Below are positions 40,764 through 50,482 of a stretch of 64,000 nt of DNA, in pieces. Position numbers and translations under genes: made by a program. Position 1 is the stretch's first letter, and every line of letters starts with the position of its first letter. Source of the DNA: an uncultured Gemmatimonadaceae bacterium (GTDB lineage: Bacteria; Gemmatimonadota; Gemmatimonadetes; Gemmatimonadales; Gemmatimonadaceae); contig CAVXGK010000002.1 in the NCBI GenBank assembly GCA_963761305.1, forward strand, positions 960,001 to 1,024,000. The letters are read 5' to 3'. Below the pieces are notes generated by a model, which had not been told where the DNA came from, made no database searches, and saw only the letters and a list, made by a program, of their open reading frames with translations.

Positions 40764-42194
40764 TTACTTCGACGTGCCGCTTTTCGTCCGAATCGCGATG
40801 ACCTTCTGGCCCGGCGGTGTCCCGTACTCTGCCGCGGCCGCGGGACCCTTGAGCACCTCGACGCTCTCGATGTTGTTGCCATCGAGCCGTCGAACCTCGC
40901 TCGCGTAGTCGACGCGCACACCATTCAGGAACCAGGCTACGGCGGTGTCACCTAGAGCACGCCGCGCGAGAGCCGGCATGATGCCGGTGTCGGGTGCCAC
41001 CCGAGCAAGGTCGTGCTTCGTCGTGATGTTGATTTCGGGGGACGTATTCCCGTCACGCCGGACTTTCATCGTCAGGATCTGGTCGCTTCCGAGGCGGTGC
41101 GCTGTTTCCGGCGACACGCGGACGCTGTCGACGACATAAGCCACGCCCGTGTCGGCGGCGCGCAGCACGCCCATTTGGTGCGCCGCTTTCTCCGCCGACG
41201 CGCCGGTCATGGCGTCGACCTCGGCGGCCGTCGGTTCTTTCGCTTCACACGCGGCAAGCACGGCGATGGCGCCGATCAGCGCGGCAAGGCCGGCGCGGGT
41301 CCGACCGAACTTCGGAAGATGTGCGTCCATGGCAAGAATCCTCGTCTTCAAATGAGATGAATCGTCGGCCAGCGCGAGCGCGCTGGGACGGAGCGGCGAC
41401 GCCAGCTCGGCGACCGAGACCAACAGAGATCCGTACGCGCTTGGCGACGCGCCCCCGCGCAGCACGCGACGATCGCAGTCGACTTCGATCGCGAGCCTGA
41501 GGCGCGACACCATCAGCCACAGCGCCGGGTTCCACGGAAACAGAATGAGCGCGATCCACGCGGCGCCGAGGAGCTGCGGGTCGCGGGCGCGCTTGTGCGA
41601 CGATTCGTGTGCGATCGCCATTCGTTGCTCGGTGCTCGAACGCGCGAGCAGCCACGCCGGAACGACGATCTCGGAACGGAGCAGCCCGATCGCCGCCGGC
41701 CCGACGCGCGTCGAGAGCCGCACCGGCGCGCCGTGCAGCTCCGCACGCGGCCACCGTGATCGCGCCAGGCCAAGCCGGGCGTGCACCATGACAAACGCGA
41801 GCGCCAGCATCGTGCTGAGCGCGATCCACGCGCCGATCGCGTACCGGTCGTCGACGCGACCGATCGTCGAGACGCCGGACAACCGGAGCACGCGCGCGGC
41901 GTCGAGCCGGCGCGCAGTCTCCGCGAGTCGCCAACGCGCGGCGGCGAACCAGCCTTCCGTCGCCGCCGGCACGCGGCCAGCCAGGTCATTCGACGAGACG
42001 CCGAACGTAGCGACGTCGAACGAACCGTCGACCTCCGGCGGACGCATCGACAATCCGATCGCGAGCGGGATCGCCGCGGCCCATACCCAGCGCGTCGGCA
42101 TGCGAACGAGTCGGGCCGCGCGATCCACGGCAAGCGCAGCGAGCGCGGTCAACCCACCGATCAAGACGGCGTACGTCATCCAGAGCAGCATCAC
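40764..42194 (-). CDS. BlaR1-type M56 metallopeptidase with C-terminal TonB-plug-like repeats
   Basis: TMs, AHESSH, PWNPALW, EVDCD; tail IESVEVLKGPAAAAEYG...VIAIRTK. Confidence 0.88.
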   Translation of the reverse strand: MMLLWMTYAVLIGGLTALAALAVDRAARLVRMPTRWVWAAAIPLAIGLSMRPPEVDGSFDVATFGVSSNDLAGRVPAATEGWFAAARWRLAETARRLDAARVLRLSGVSTIGRVDDRYAIGAWIALSTMLALAFVMVHARLGLARSRWPRAELHGAPVRLSTRVGPAAIGLLRSEIVVPAWLLARSSTEQRMAIAHESSHKRARDPQLLGAAWIALILFPWNPALWLMVSRLRLAIEVDCDRRVLRGGASPSAYGSLLVSVAELASPLRPSALALADDSSHLKTRILAMDAHLPKFGRTRAGLAALIGAIAVLAACEAKEPTAAEVDAMTGASAEKAAHQMGVLRAADTGVAYVVDSVRVSPETAHRLGSDQILTMKVRRDGNTSPEINITTKHDLARVAPDTGIMPALARRALGDTAVAWFLNGVRVDYASEVRRLDGNNIESVEVLKGPAAAAEYGTPPGQKVIAIRTKSGTSK

Positions 42195-42577
42195 TTGTCG
42201 CCTCCGGCGCTTCCGCCGAGCCGCTTCGCGATCAACGCGCGCAGGCGCTCGAGCTCTTTGCGACTCAGCTTCTTGTCGGAGACCATCTGCGCGAGCATCC
42301 GCTCGGCCGAGCCGTGGAAGATGGCGTCGCGAATTCGCGCGAGCGCGCTGCCCCCCGCCTTCTCGGCTTCCACGACGGCGAAATAGCGGTAGGCGCGGCC
42401 CTCGGCTTCGTGCCGCACGTAGCCTTTTTCTTCGAGTGTCTGCAGCGCCGAGAGCACGGAGGTATACGCCAGCTCGTCGTCGAGCCCGTCTTTGACTTCG
42501 CTCACGGTGGCGGACCCGAGACGCCAGAGCACGCTCATGACGGCGAGCTCACGGGGCGGGAAGTAGAAGTCGGACAT
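42191..42577 (-). CDS. BlaI/MecI/CopY family repressor
   Basis: RELAVMSVLW, LAYTSVL..L..LEEKGYV, GRAYRY. Confidence 0.92.
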   Translation of the reverse strand: MSDFYFPPRELAVMSVLWRLGSATVSEVKDGLDDELAYTSVLSALQTLEEKGYVRHEAEGRAYRYFAVVEAEKAGGSALARIRDAIFHGSAERMLAQMVSDKKLSRKELERLRALIAKRLGGSAGGDK

Positions 42578-42625
42578 TGGATCAGGGTACGCGAGAACGG
42601 TGGACCGGTGAACCGGTGGATCGGC

Positions 42626-42683
42626 TACGGAAGTTTCCGTAATATGCGGCGCGCCGCGCGGTTGTCAACTGTTTTTTCCGTAG
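42626..42683 (-). promoter_or_regulatory. Promoter and putative BlaI-family operators
   Basis: TACGGAA-GT-TTCCGTA palindrome at 42626-41; related half site TTCCGTAG at 42676-83; TTGACA on the minus strand at 42668-63. Confidence 0.65.
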
Positions 42684-42864
42684 CCGAGCGAGGAACGGCA
42701 GTTTTCGTCGGCTGCACTGCGTCGCGGGCGTTGTCCGCTCCTGGGATTCGCCGCCAAAAAACGTGGCCAATCTGCGCGTCGGGAGCCCCTCGCGTGTCCT
42801 GCGGCCCATCGGCTCGTCTCCCTTCCGACGCCGCTTCCCCGCCCACCCGATCCGTTCCCCACCA

Positions 42865-45303
42865 GTGCGCCTCTCCCGAACCGACCTTCGCATTGCCGCC
42901 CGCTCGTTCGCGCGACAGCGCGCGTTCAGCATCGTCGCCGTGGTCTCCCTCGGTCTGGCGATCGCGCTCAACACGACAATGTACAGCGTGCTCGACGCGA
43001 TGCTCGAACCGCGCGTCGACGTGTCGCACCCGGAGCAGCTCTATTCGCTGAGCGTTTGGGGCGACCGGTACGGGAGAATCACGCTTCGGCAGCGCGCCGA
43101 GCTTCTGCACTCGGCGTCGAACGTGCTGGTCGCGACGACGAGCGTCGCGGCGCACGGCGACGCGGCGATGCTCGAGCACGGACGTCGCCTCCGGCGTGGG
43201 TCGGTCGCCACCGTCGCGCCGAACATCTTCAGCTTCCTCGGCGTGCGTCCGACCGCGGGCCGCGCCTTCACCGACGCCGACTACACAGACTCGTCGTCGC
43301 CGGTGGTGATCAGTACCGCGGTGGCGAGCGGCCTCTACCTATTCGACTCCCCGGTCGGCGCGACGATCAGCATCGACGGCGAATCGCACCCGATCATCGG
43401 CGTGGTCGATCGCGCGTCACAGCTCCCGGGATCGGCGGTCGACGTGTGGATGCTCCCGAAGCCGACCGTGCCGCTCGCCTCGCTCGCGATGAACGTCGCA
43501 CGCTTGCGACCGGGTATGACGCTCAAGGCAGCGCAGCCGATGATCGACGAGCTGTCGCGGCGATTCGGCAGGCTCGCTGAAGCGAATGGCGAGACGTCCA
43601 GCGGCGCGGGCTTTCTGCTCAAACCGATCGAGTTCCGCCAGTTCCATCTCGCCGGATTTCACTTCGCTCTAATCGGGGCCGTGCTCGCGGTGCTGCTCAT
43701 CGCCTGCGCGAATCTGGCGAACCTCCAGCTCGCGCGTGGACTCGGCCGCAGTCGCGAGCTCGCGTTGCGCGCGGCACTCGGCGCGACGCGCCGCGACATC
43801 ATCGCGCAGCTGTTGCTCGAGAGCGGCCTGCTCGCCGGTGCGGGCCTCGTGTTCGGCCTGTTGGCGACGCTGTGGAGCAACAAGCTGCTCGAGGCGCATA
43901 TTCCGCCGAGCGTCGCCGAGTGGGTGATCGCGCCGCAGACGAGCTGGCGGGTGTTCGCGTTCGGCATCGCGGCGTGCGTCGTGTGCGTCATCATCATCGG
44001 TCTCGTGCCGGCGCTTCATGTTTCACGCGCCGATCCGAACGAGCTGCTCAAGTCGGGCGCCGGCACGGGTGCGAATGCGAACAACCGCCGCAAGTATTCG
44101 TTGATGATCATGGTCGAGATGGGGCTCGCGCTGGCCGTGTTGAGCGGGACGGCGATCGTGGTGCGCAGCGCGCTGGCGTACAACACGTACGACACCGGCT
44201 ACGACCTCAAGCCGCTGACGCGCGCGTGGTTCTTCAACCGCACGCCGCATGTCGTGATGCGCTACGTCGACGCGCAGAACGAGGCGTTGAGCCGAGTGGC
44301 CGGGGTGCCCGATGTCGCGAGCGCCGCGGTCTCGACCAGCGGCTATCTCGACGGCGCCGGGATCGCCGCGGTCGACGCGCACGGCGACAAGCGCGAGTAC
44401 TTGTCGATGCGTCAGGGCTACAGCGTCGTGTCACCGGGATATCTGCGCACGATGGGAATCCCGATCGTGCAAGGCCGCGACTTCGCCGACGGTGCGTCGA
44501 GCGTGGGCGAGCTGATCATCGACGAGCAGACCGCTCTCTTTCTCTGGCCCGACGGCCACGTCGTCGGCAACCAGATCAAGCTGGGGACGGACTCGTCGCA
44601 CGCACCCTGGGTGCGCGTGATCGGCGTATCGCGGCTGACGCACGGGCATTTCACGCAGCACGAGATCGACAATCCGCACGCACCACCGCCGCACGCGCTC
44701 GGCGTGATGTACTACCGTCCGGCGGCCACGGACACGTTCGTCGCCAGCAAGTTCGGTTACTCGAACGTGCTGGTCGTGCGCGCGGCGCGCGATCCGCAAC
44801 ACATGCCACTCACTCTCCGCCACACTTTAGCCGTCGCGCTGCCGTACTCGTGGATGGCGAACGCAGAGAGCATGGAGGACGCGATCGGACTCCGCACGCT
44901 GCGCGAGAGCCACGATTTCGTCGCCGGCGTGTTTCAGCTGTTCACGCTGCTCGCGCTCGGCCTCGCGGCCCTCGGCATCTACGGCGTCGTCGCGCATTCG
45001 GTGGCCGAACGCAGACGCGAGATCGGCGTACGCATCGCTCTCGGCGCGGACGCGCGTCAAATCTTGCGCGCGGTGCTCCGCGAGGGGAACGCCGTCGCGC
45101 TCGGCGGCGTCGCCTTCGGGCTGCTCTGCACCAAGTACACGATGAAATGGCTGTACGCGTTCTCGTTCGACGGCGACGAGTACGACGCGCCGCTCTTCGC
45201 CGCGATGGCGGCGGTGCTGTTCATCGTGGCGATCGCGGCGTCGTTCGGGCCGGCACTCCGCGCGACGCGCATCGATCCCGTGGAGTCGATGCGCGCGGAA
45301 TGA
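42865..45303 (+). CDS. Duplicated MacB/FtsX (ADOP-type) ABC permease
   Basis: Two MacB periplasmic + FtsX repeats (LLIACANLANL, RELALRAALGA, REIGVRIALGA); no ATPase nearby; start uncertain. Confidence 0.9.
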   Translation: MRLSRTDLRIAARSFARQRAFSIVAVVSLGLAIALNTTMYSVLDAMLEPRVDVSHPEQLYSLSVWGDRYGRITLRQRAELLHSASNVLVATTSVAAHGDAAMLEHGRRLRRGSVATVAPNIFSFLGVRPTAGRAFTDADYTDSSSPVVISTAVASGLYLFDSPVGATISIDGESHPIIGVVDRASQLPGSAVDVWMLPKPTVPLASLAMNVARLRPGMTLKAAQPMIDELSRRFGRLAEANGETSSGAGFLLKPIEFRQFHLAGFHFALIGAVLAVLLIACANLANLQLARGLGRSRELALRAALGATRRDIIAQLLLESGLLAGAGLVFGLLATLWSNKLLEAHIPPSVAEWVIAPQTSWRVFAFGIAACVVCVIIIGLVPALHVSRADPNELLKSGAGTGANANNRRKYSLMIMVEMGLALAVLSGTAIVVRSALAYNTYDTGYDLKPLTRAWFFNRTPHVVMRYVDAQNEALSRVAGVPDVASAAVSTSGYLDGAGIAAVDAHGDKREYLSMRQGYSVVSPGYLRTMGIPIVQGRDFADGASSVGELIIDEQTALFLWPDGHVVGNQIKLGTDSSHAPWVRVIGVSRLTHGHFTQHEIDNPHAPPPHALGVMYYRPAATDTFVASKFGYSNVLVVRAARDPQHMPLTLRHTLAVALPYSWMANAESMEDAIGLRTLRESHDFVAGVFQLFTLLALGLAALGIYGVVAHSVAERRREIGVRIALGADARQILRAVLREGNAVALGGVAFGLLCTKYTMKWLYAFSFDGDEYDAPLFAAMAAVLFIVAIAASFGPALRATRIDPVESMRAE

Positions 45304-45315
45304 ACCGCGGTTCGG

Positions 45316-46590
45316 CTATCGATTCACCAATGCCGCGTAGACTTCGCCCGGCAGTTTTGCCGCGAGATCCGCGGTGTTCGGAATCTGATTGATCATGAAC
45401 ACGACGGTGAGCTTCTCCGTCGGGTCCACGAACGCGATCGTGCCGTATCCGCCGCGCCAGCCGAACGTCCCGATCGACTTCGGGCCGTCGGCCCCCGTGT
45501 TGTCGATCGTATAAAAGCCGAAGCCAAAGCCCTGCCCCGGCACGCCGTAGCGCGCGCCGATCTGATTGTGCGTCATCAGGTCCACGGAGCGCGGTGAGAG
45601 AATTCGCACGTCGTCTAACGTGCCGCCGCTCCGCACCATCTCGAGGAAACGCGCGTAGTCGCGTGCCGTGGAGAGCAGCCCGGCGCCGCCGGCGAGATTC
45701 TTTCGCGGCCCGTCCACATAATCACCCTGGCCGCGCGGACCGGCCGGCCCGCGAATCGCATGGTTCGTCGAGTCGCTCGCGTACACGGCGACGAGCCGCG
45801 GGCGCTCGTCGGGCGGCAGAAAGAAGTGCGTGTCCTTCATGCCGAGCGGTGCGGTTATGCGATCGTGGATGAAGCGGTCGAGTGGGATCCCCGAGACGCG
45901 CTCGACGACGCAGCCGAGAATGTCCAGGTTGTACCCGAATACCCATTTTTCGCCCGGCTGCGCGACGAACGGCAACGTGCCGAGGCGCTGCATTGTCGCG
46001 CACGCCGGTTCGTCCTTGTCGGCCGTGTACCAGCCGAGTCCCGCGCCGGCTCCGGGGCCAAGCCCCTTGGCGGCGTAGCGCGCGGCGACCTGAGGCTCGA
46101 GACCGTAGGAAATGCCCGCCGTGTGCGTGATCAGATCGCGAATCGTGATCGGGCGACGGGCGCGCACCAGCGTGCGTCCATTGTCACCGGCTCGGTTGCT
46201 CGCCACGAACGTTTTCGCGAAGGAGGGGACCCACCGCGAAACCGGATCGTCGATCGAAAGCCTCCCCACCTCGGCGAGCTGAAGGATCGCGACTGACGTG
46301 ATGGGCTTCGACTCCGACGCGATGCGAAAGATCGCGTCGGTGGTCATCGGTCGATGCGCTTCGCGGTCCGCCCAACCGCCGGCCTTGTCGTAGACGACCT
46401 TGCCGTCGCGCAGCACGAGCACCACGGCGCCGGCGATTCGATTCGAGTCGACGTACGCCTGGAGAAAGCGATCGATCCTCGTCGCTTGCGCGACGCACGG
46501 CGCGAGAGGCACGATCGTCAGCACCGCGGCCGCGGACGCGACCACGCCGGTACGCGTGCGCCGCAGGCGGCGCGGTGGGACGTCACTCAT
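45316..46590 (-). CDS. Serine hydrolase (beta-lactamase/class C-like family)
   Basis: IFRIASESK (SxxK), LITHTAG, GGAGLLSTARDYARF. Confidence 0.9.
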   Translation of the reverse strand: MSDVPPRRLRRTRTGVVASAAAVLTIVPLAPCVAQATRIDRFLQAYVDSNRIAGAVVLVLRDGKVVYDKAGGWADREAHRPMTTDAIFRIASESKPITSVAILQLAEVGRLSIDDPVSRWVPSFAKTFVASNRAGDNGRTLVRARRPITIRDLITHTAGISYGLEPQVAARYAAKGLGPGAGAGLGWYTADKDEPACATMQRLGTLPFVAQPGEKWVFGYNLDILGCVVERVSGIPLDRFIHDRITAPLGMKDTHFFLPPDERPRLVAVYASDSTNHAIRGPAGPRGQGDYVDGPRKNLAGGAGLLSTARDYARFLEMVRSGGTLDDVRILSPRSVDLMTHNQIGARYGVPGQGFGFGFYTIDNTGADGPKSIGTFGWRGGYGTIAFVDPTEKLTVVFMINQIPNTADLAAKLPGEVYAALVNR

Positions 46591-46731
46591 GGGAACGCTC
46601 TCCTCGGCTGAGAACGCGACGATAGGTTGGTCCTTCCAAGTCAGAGCGGTCCGGCTCCGTGAGACCGGACACGTTCGCTCCTCATTATACACGCGTTCGG
46701 CCGACGCGCGGCGCGGCCGACGAGCGACCGT

Positions 46732-47001
46732 TCAGTGACCGAAACGACGGTGGAGCGAGCGCCACTCGAGCATGGCGGCGAGTCCGCTCAACACCATGCT
46801 ACCACTGAGGTAGAACGCGCTCTCCAACACGAGTCGGTTCGCGTCGTATTCGCCGAGACTTCCGCCGACGAGCGCGTTCCAGGCGGCCAGCGAGATTCCG
46901 AGCACCGCGCCGATGCGCGAGACGCGTTCTTCGATGAACGAATGGCGGCCCCGTCGGTTCGCCGCGAGCCAGTCGGCGCGATCAAGTTCGTCGTCGGACA
47001 C
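46732..47001 (-). CDS. Small hypothetical 2-TM protein
   Basis: GTG with GAGG SD; two hydrophobic segments. Confidence 0.5.
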   Translation of the reverse strand: MSDDELDRADWLAANRRGRHSFIEERVSRIGAVLGISLAAWNALVGGSLGEYDANRLVLESAFYLSGSMVLSGLAAMLEWRSLHRRFGH

Positions 47002-47061
47002 GCCTCAGAGAGGCGCACCAACCGTGCCTTTCCCGGAACAACCTCGGCTTCCGACGCCCGG

Positions 47062-47874
47062 CTAATGCGTGAGCGCGTAGATGAGGTAGTTGACGCCGAG
47101 CTTGTATGCCTCGTTCGACTCGTCGATGGGCCGGAAGCCCATGGCCGAGTATTCCCAGTAGTTCGAGATGTCCGTGTTGAAGTTGATCATCACCATGAGG
47201 CGCTTCTTCGGGTCGTTGTTCTCGAAGACGCCGCGAAACACGGGCGGACCAAAATCGTAGAACTGCCTCACGATGTCGAACGACGGGATGTCGAAGAACG
47301 AGTGGAAGATCGGGTGCGCGATGTCCATGTCGACCGGATGCAGTCCGGGCAGCACGAGGGCGAGCATCGCCTCCAGGTTCGCCCATCCCGACTTTCCGCG
47401 GCGGCTGTCCTCGCGCGAGTCGTCGATGATGAGGAAGCCGCCCTTGAGGATGTACTTCCGGAGCGCGGCCACCTCTTTGTCGTCGAGCGTCAGGTACCCG
47501 CCCTCGACGAGGAACGCCACCGGATAGTGAAAGAGGGCCGGGTCGTCGATCGCGATGGCGTTCGTCGCGTCGACGTGCGGGCGCAACGTGCTGATGTCCG
47601 CCGTGATCTTGAGCAGGTTCGATTCGGCGGTGCCGTTGTCGGTATAGCCGTATCCGTGCGCCCACGACGGCTCGCCGCGGTAGTAGCACCCTCCCGGACC
47701 GCCGGTGTACATCAGCCGCGCGAAGGTGAAGCGGCCGTCGTACGGAATGTTGTTGATCGGCGGGTTCTGGCAGCCGAGCATGCCGCCGAAACCCCCGGTA
47801 CGCTGCGCGTGCGCCACTGGAAGCGCGCACGCAACGAGGACTGCCACCATCGTTGTTGTGACAACTCTATTCAC
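47062..47874 (-). CDS. DUF4159 domain protein
   Basis: FTFARL, LRKYILKGGFLIIDD, HPIFHSFF, AYKLGVNYLIYALTH. Confidence 0.85.
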   Translation of the reverse strand: MNRVVTTTMVAVLVACALPVAHAQRTGGFGGMLGCQNPPINNIPYDGRFTFARLMYTGGPGGCYYRGEPSWAHGYGYTDNGTAESNLLKITADISTLRPHVDATNAIAIDDPALFHYPVAFLVEGGYLTLDDKEVAALRKYILKGGFLIIDDSREDSRRGKSGWANLEAMLALVLPGLHPVDMDIAHPIFHSFFDIPSFDIVRQFYDFGPPVFRGVFENNDPKKRLMVMINFNTDISNYWEYSAMGFRPIDESNEAYKLGVNYLIYALTH

Positions 47875-49123
47875 AAATCGCCGTCCGGCGGAGATAGGAC
47901 GCAAGCGCCGCGTTGGTGACATCCCGGATTCGGGCGGACATCGCGGCGTCGGCCGTCTCTGACAAGATGCGGTCGGCGATCGGTCCAAGGAAGCGGGCGT
48001 ACCGCGCTAGGGTTTCTTGATCGTGGGCGCCGACTGCCGTTCGAACGGTCTGGACGGTCGCGGGTGTCAGGACTTCCATGCGGCCGACGAACACCCTGGT
48101 GACGTGAGACGGCGCCGGGGCGATCTCGAGCGGCAGGATCTCATCTACGGTTCGGCGCGGTACGATGTAGAACACGCGCGTCCCCTCCTCGAACCACGAG
48201 TCGCGCCACGTCTCGACCATCGCCGACGCTTCCCTGGCCGTGAGGCCATTGGCCACCAGGGTCTGCTCGAGCGTCGACCTGAGGTCGTCGAAGGAACCGT
48301 CGAGTGACGGCGGCGCGACCGTCCGGTCGCCGCTGAGCCGCCCGACGACGCGGAATCCAAGCCTCGCGCCGCGTCGCTCGAACAACACGACGGCTGGGAT
48401 TTCCGCGTCCGAAACGTTTTTCAGAACGATGCGGCCGTCGCCGTCGACGGCCGCGCTCAGCGACGCGTCGAAATCCGCCACTCCTCTGTAGAAGAGGAAT
48501 CGCTCGTGCTGGTCGCCGACCGATAGCGGCGCGGCGTCGGTGCTGCGGGCGGCGTAGTAGTGCGACGCACCGCGCTCGAGCGGGAACGCCGGCTGCGCCG
48601 TCGGTGACACTCGTACACTCGGCCACTCGATGACGCTGGATTCGTTCGGATTCCGCAGCGTCGCCGCGCTGACCGCTGCCTGGGAGACGACGGCCGGCGG
48701 ATACCACTCGGTCATGAGGCCCCGATGGAATCGCACCCGCACGCGCACCGTGGTGTCGCGATTCGAGTAGAAGTAGAGAACGGGCGTCTCCATGCGTACT
48801 CGTGCCGCCATGCCGCGACGGGCGTCGCCGTACGCGACATTGGTGCTCGCGCCGCCGGGACCGATCCGCGAACCGTTGGGCAACACCTTGACCAGCGGGT
48901 CGCTGTTGAAGTGCTCGACGAAGCACGGCAGATCGCTCGGGCCGCCGAGCGGCAACCAGTCGATCGCTCGGCCGTCGACCCCCGCGACGGTGGTGAACGT
49001 CCCCCACTCGTGCACCGCGAGCTCGTCGGCGGCGGCTGGGTACAGTGCGGATTCGCCGACTCGTACCGTGACAAACACACCCACCGCGATCGCGCAAAGC
49101 ACCGGCATCAGGAAGCGACGCAT
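47867..49123 (-). CDS. Secreted hypothetical protein
   Basis: AGGAG SD, signal peptide, HEWGTFT / RMETPVLYFY / FLFYRG / MVETWRDSWFE blocks. Confidence 0.8.
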   Translation of the reverse strand: MRRFLMPVLCAIAVGVFVTVRVGESALYPAAADELAVHEWGTFTTVAGVDGRAIDWLPLGGPSDLPCFVEHFNSDPLVKVLPNGSRIGPGGASTNVAYGDARRGMAARVRMETPVLYFYSNRDTTVRVRVRFHRGLMTEWYPPAVVSQAAVSAATLRNPNESSVIEWPSVRVSPTAQPAFPLERGASHYYAARSTDAAPLSVGDQHERFLFYRGVADFDASLSAAVDGDGRIVLKNVSDAEIPAVVLFERRGARLGFRVVGRLSGDRTVAPPSLDGSFDDLRSTLEQTLVANGLTAREASAMVETWRDSWFEEGTRVFYIVPRRTVDEILPLEIAPAPSHVTRVFVGRMEVLTPATVQTVRTAVGAHDQETLARYARFLGPIADRILSETADAAMSARIRDVTNAALASYLRRTAICE

Positions 49124-49242
49124 GGCTGTTCTCCTGAACGGTCGATTTCAGAGGACGACCCCCTGCCCTCTCGAAGAGTCACATCGCACAGCCTCTGCTC
49201 GTCTGCTCTGTAGGCGGACTGGCCCCGTTCTCGCAGGCTGAG

Positions 49243-49293
49243 CCGGTGGACCGGTGGACCGGTGGACCGGTGGACCGGTGGACCGGTGGACCG
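49243..49293. repeat. Perfect tandem repeat (CCGGTGGA) x6
   Basis: Six exact 8-bp units plus CCG. Confidence 0.95.
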
Positions 49294-49312
49294 CCAGAGT
49301 CAGTCACCCTGT

Positions 49313-49331
49313 ATCAGTTTCTGAAACTGAT
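49313..49331. promoter_or_regulatory. Perfect 9-1-9 palindrome, putative operator
   Basis: ATCAGTTTC-T-GAAACTGAT in a divergent intergenic region. Confidence 0.5.
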
Positions 49332-49370
49332 GTCTCGGATCTGAACGTGCCGTTCTCGCCGTTTCCGCCG

Positions 49371-49530
49371 TTTGTTACCATCGCCTTTCGTTACCCTCGC
49401 TCTTCGTTATCATCGCTCTTCGTCACTCTCGCCCTTCGTCACTCTCGCTCTTCGTCACTCTCGCTCTTCGTCATCATCGCCCTTCGTCACTCTCGCTCTT
49501 CGTTACCATCGCCGTTCGTCACCTTCGCCC
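49371..49530. repeat. 10 x 16-bp degenerate tandem repeat (consensus TTCGTCACTCTCGCTC)
   Basis: Ten contiguous 16-bp units ending 10 nt before ATG 49541. Confidence 0.92.
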
Positions 49531-49540
49531 TTCGGTTTCC

Positions 49541-50023
49541 ATGCGCTTACTCTCATTCGCGGCGCTCCTTGCGTTCCCCGCCGTCGCCCAGTCTCAGCTT
49601 CGACTTTCCGTCGGCGCCGGCGCCGGCATATCTGGTTCGACCGACGAGTCGCTCTCGTACGGCACCGGTGCTCCCATCCTCATGGGCCAGGTCACTCGTT
49701 CGGTGTTTCCGCTGCTCGGCCTCGGCGCCGAGGTCGACTACTGGAAAGGCAGCGTCTCGCACGTCGCGTTCGCGACGGGCCTCGTGCAGGCGCGCCTACC
49801 GGTCATTCCCCTCTACGTGAAGGCCGGCCTCGGCTACGGCGACGGCGATCCGGACGGCCACGGAAATGTGAGCGGTCTCGCCGGCCAACTCGGCATCATG
49901 TACGATGTCACGCTGCCAGCCTTTCCGATCGCGCTCACCGTGTTCACCAACGCGTTTCTCGCACACGCGACGCTCCGCAGTGTGCAGACGGTCGACGCCG
50001 GGCTGGCGCTCACCTGGCGGTAG
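49541..50023 (+). CDS. Small outer-membrane beta-barrel-like protein
   Basis: Signal peptide, amphipathic strands (YVKAGLGYG), C-terminal aromatic LTWR. Confidence 0.65.
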   Translation: MRLLSFAALLAFPAVAQSQLRLSVGAGAGISGSTDESLSYGTGAPILMGQVTRSVFPLLGLGAEVDYWKGSVSHVAFATGLVQARLPVIPLYVKAGLGYGDGDPDGHGNVSGLAGQLGIMYDVTLPAFPIALTVFTNAFLAHATLRSVQTVDAGLALTWR

Positions 50024-50130
50024 GAAATCGACACCGCGCGAAGCGATGGCGCCATTTATGCGACCCGATCGGGCGCGTTGAGAACGGTTCGAGCAATGTG
50101 GGGGACTCATTCACGCCATTCGGGGGCCGT

Positions 50131-50469
50131 ATGCCGAGAGCGGACAGCGCGGGTGATTACGCACGATCGAACGATCTGCGGCGGGCGTCGGAAGAAGTGA
50201 TCGCGCGGTTGGAGTCGCTCGGCATCACGCTCAACGGTGACGAGAGTCCCGAATCGTTGATCCTCGTCCTCGAGGAAGTCGAGCGATTCGAGGAAGCGGT
50301 CGAGGAGTGTGGCGGCGATCTCATGCTCGACGAGAATCCCCCGGGCACGCTCGCGCAACCGGACGACCCGCGCTTCGCGCTGCCGATGCGCCGAGCCGAC
50401 GAGACGATTCGCGCCTACCGCGAGCGACTCGCGCAAGCGACCGACGAGCTGGCAGGCCAGCAGCCGTAG
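50131..50469 (+). CDS. Hypothetical acidic protein
   Basis: GGGGG SD, ATG 50131; FEEAVE..GGDLM...QPDDP.F.LP.R block. Confidence 0.65.
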   Translation: MPRADSAGDYARSNDLRRASEEVIARLESLGITLNGDESPESLILVLEEVERFEEAVEECGGDLMLDENPPGTLAQPDDPRFALPMRRADETIRAYRERLAQATDELAGQQP

Positions 50470-50482
50470 CTCGCGCGACGGG

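Noticed and set aside
40764..46590. BlaI/BlaR1 plus serine hydrolase as a beta-lactam resistance cassette
   Set aside because: The M56 protein lacks a penicillin-binding sensor domain and the hydrolase is a generic esterase-like family member not adjacent to the operator
49243..49530. Possible CRISPR array
   Set aside because: Units are 8 and 16 bp, contiguous, with no unique spacers and no cas genes
49254..49820. ORFs translated through the repeat arrays
   Set aside because: Periodic low-complexity peptides produced by the DNA repeats
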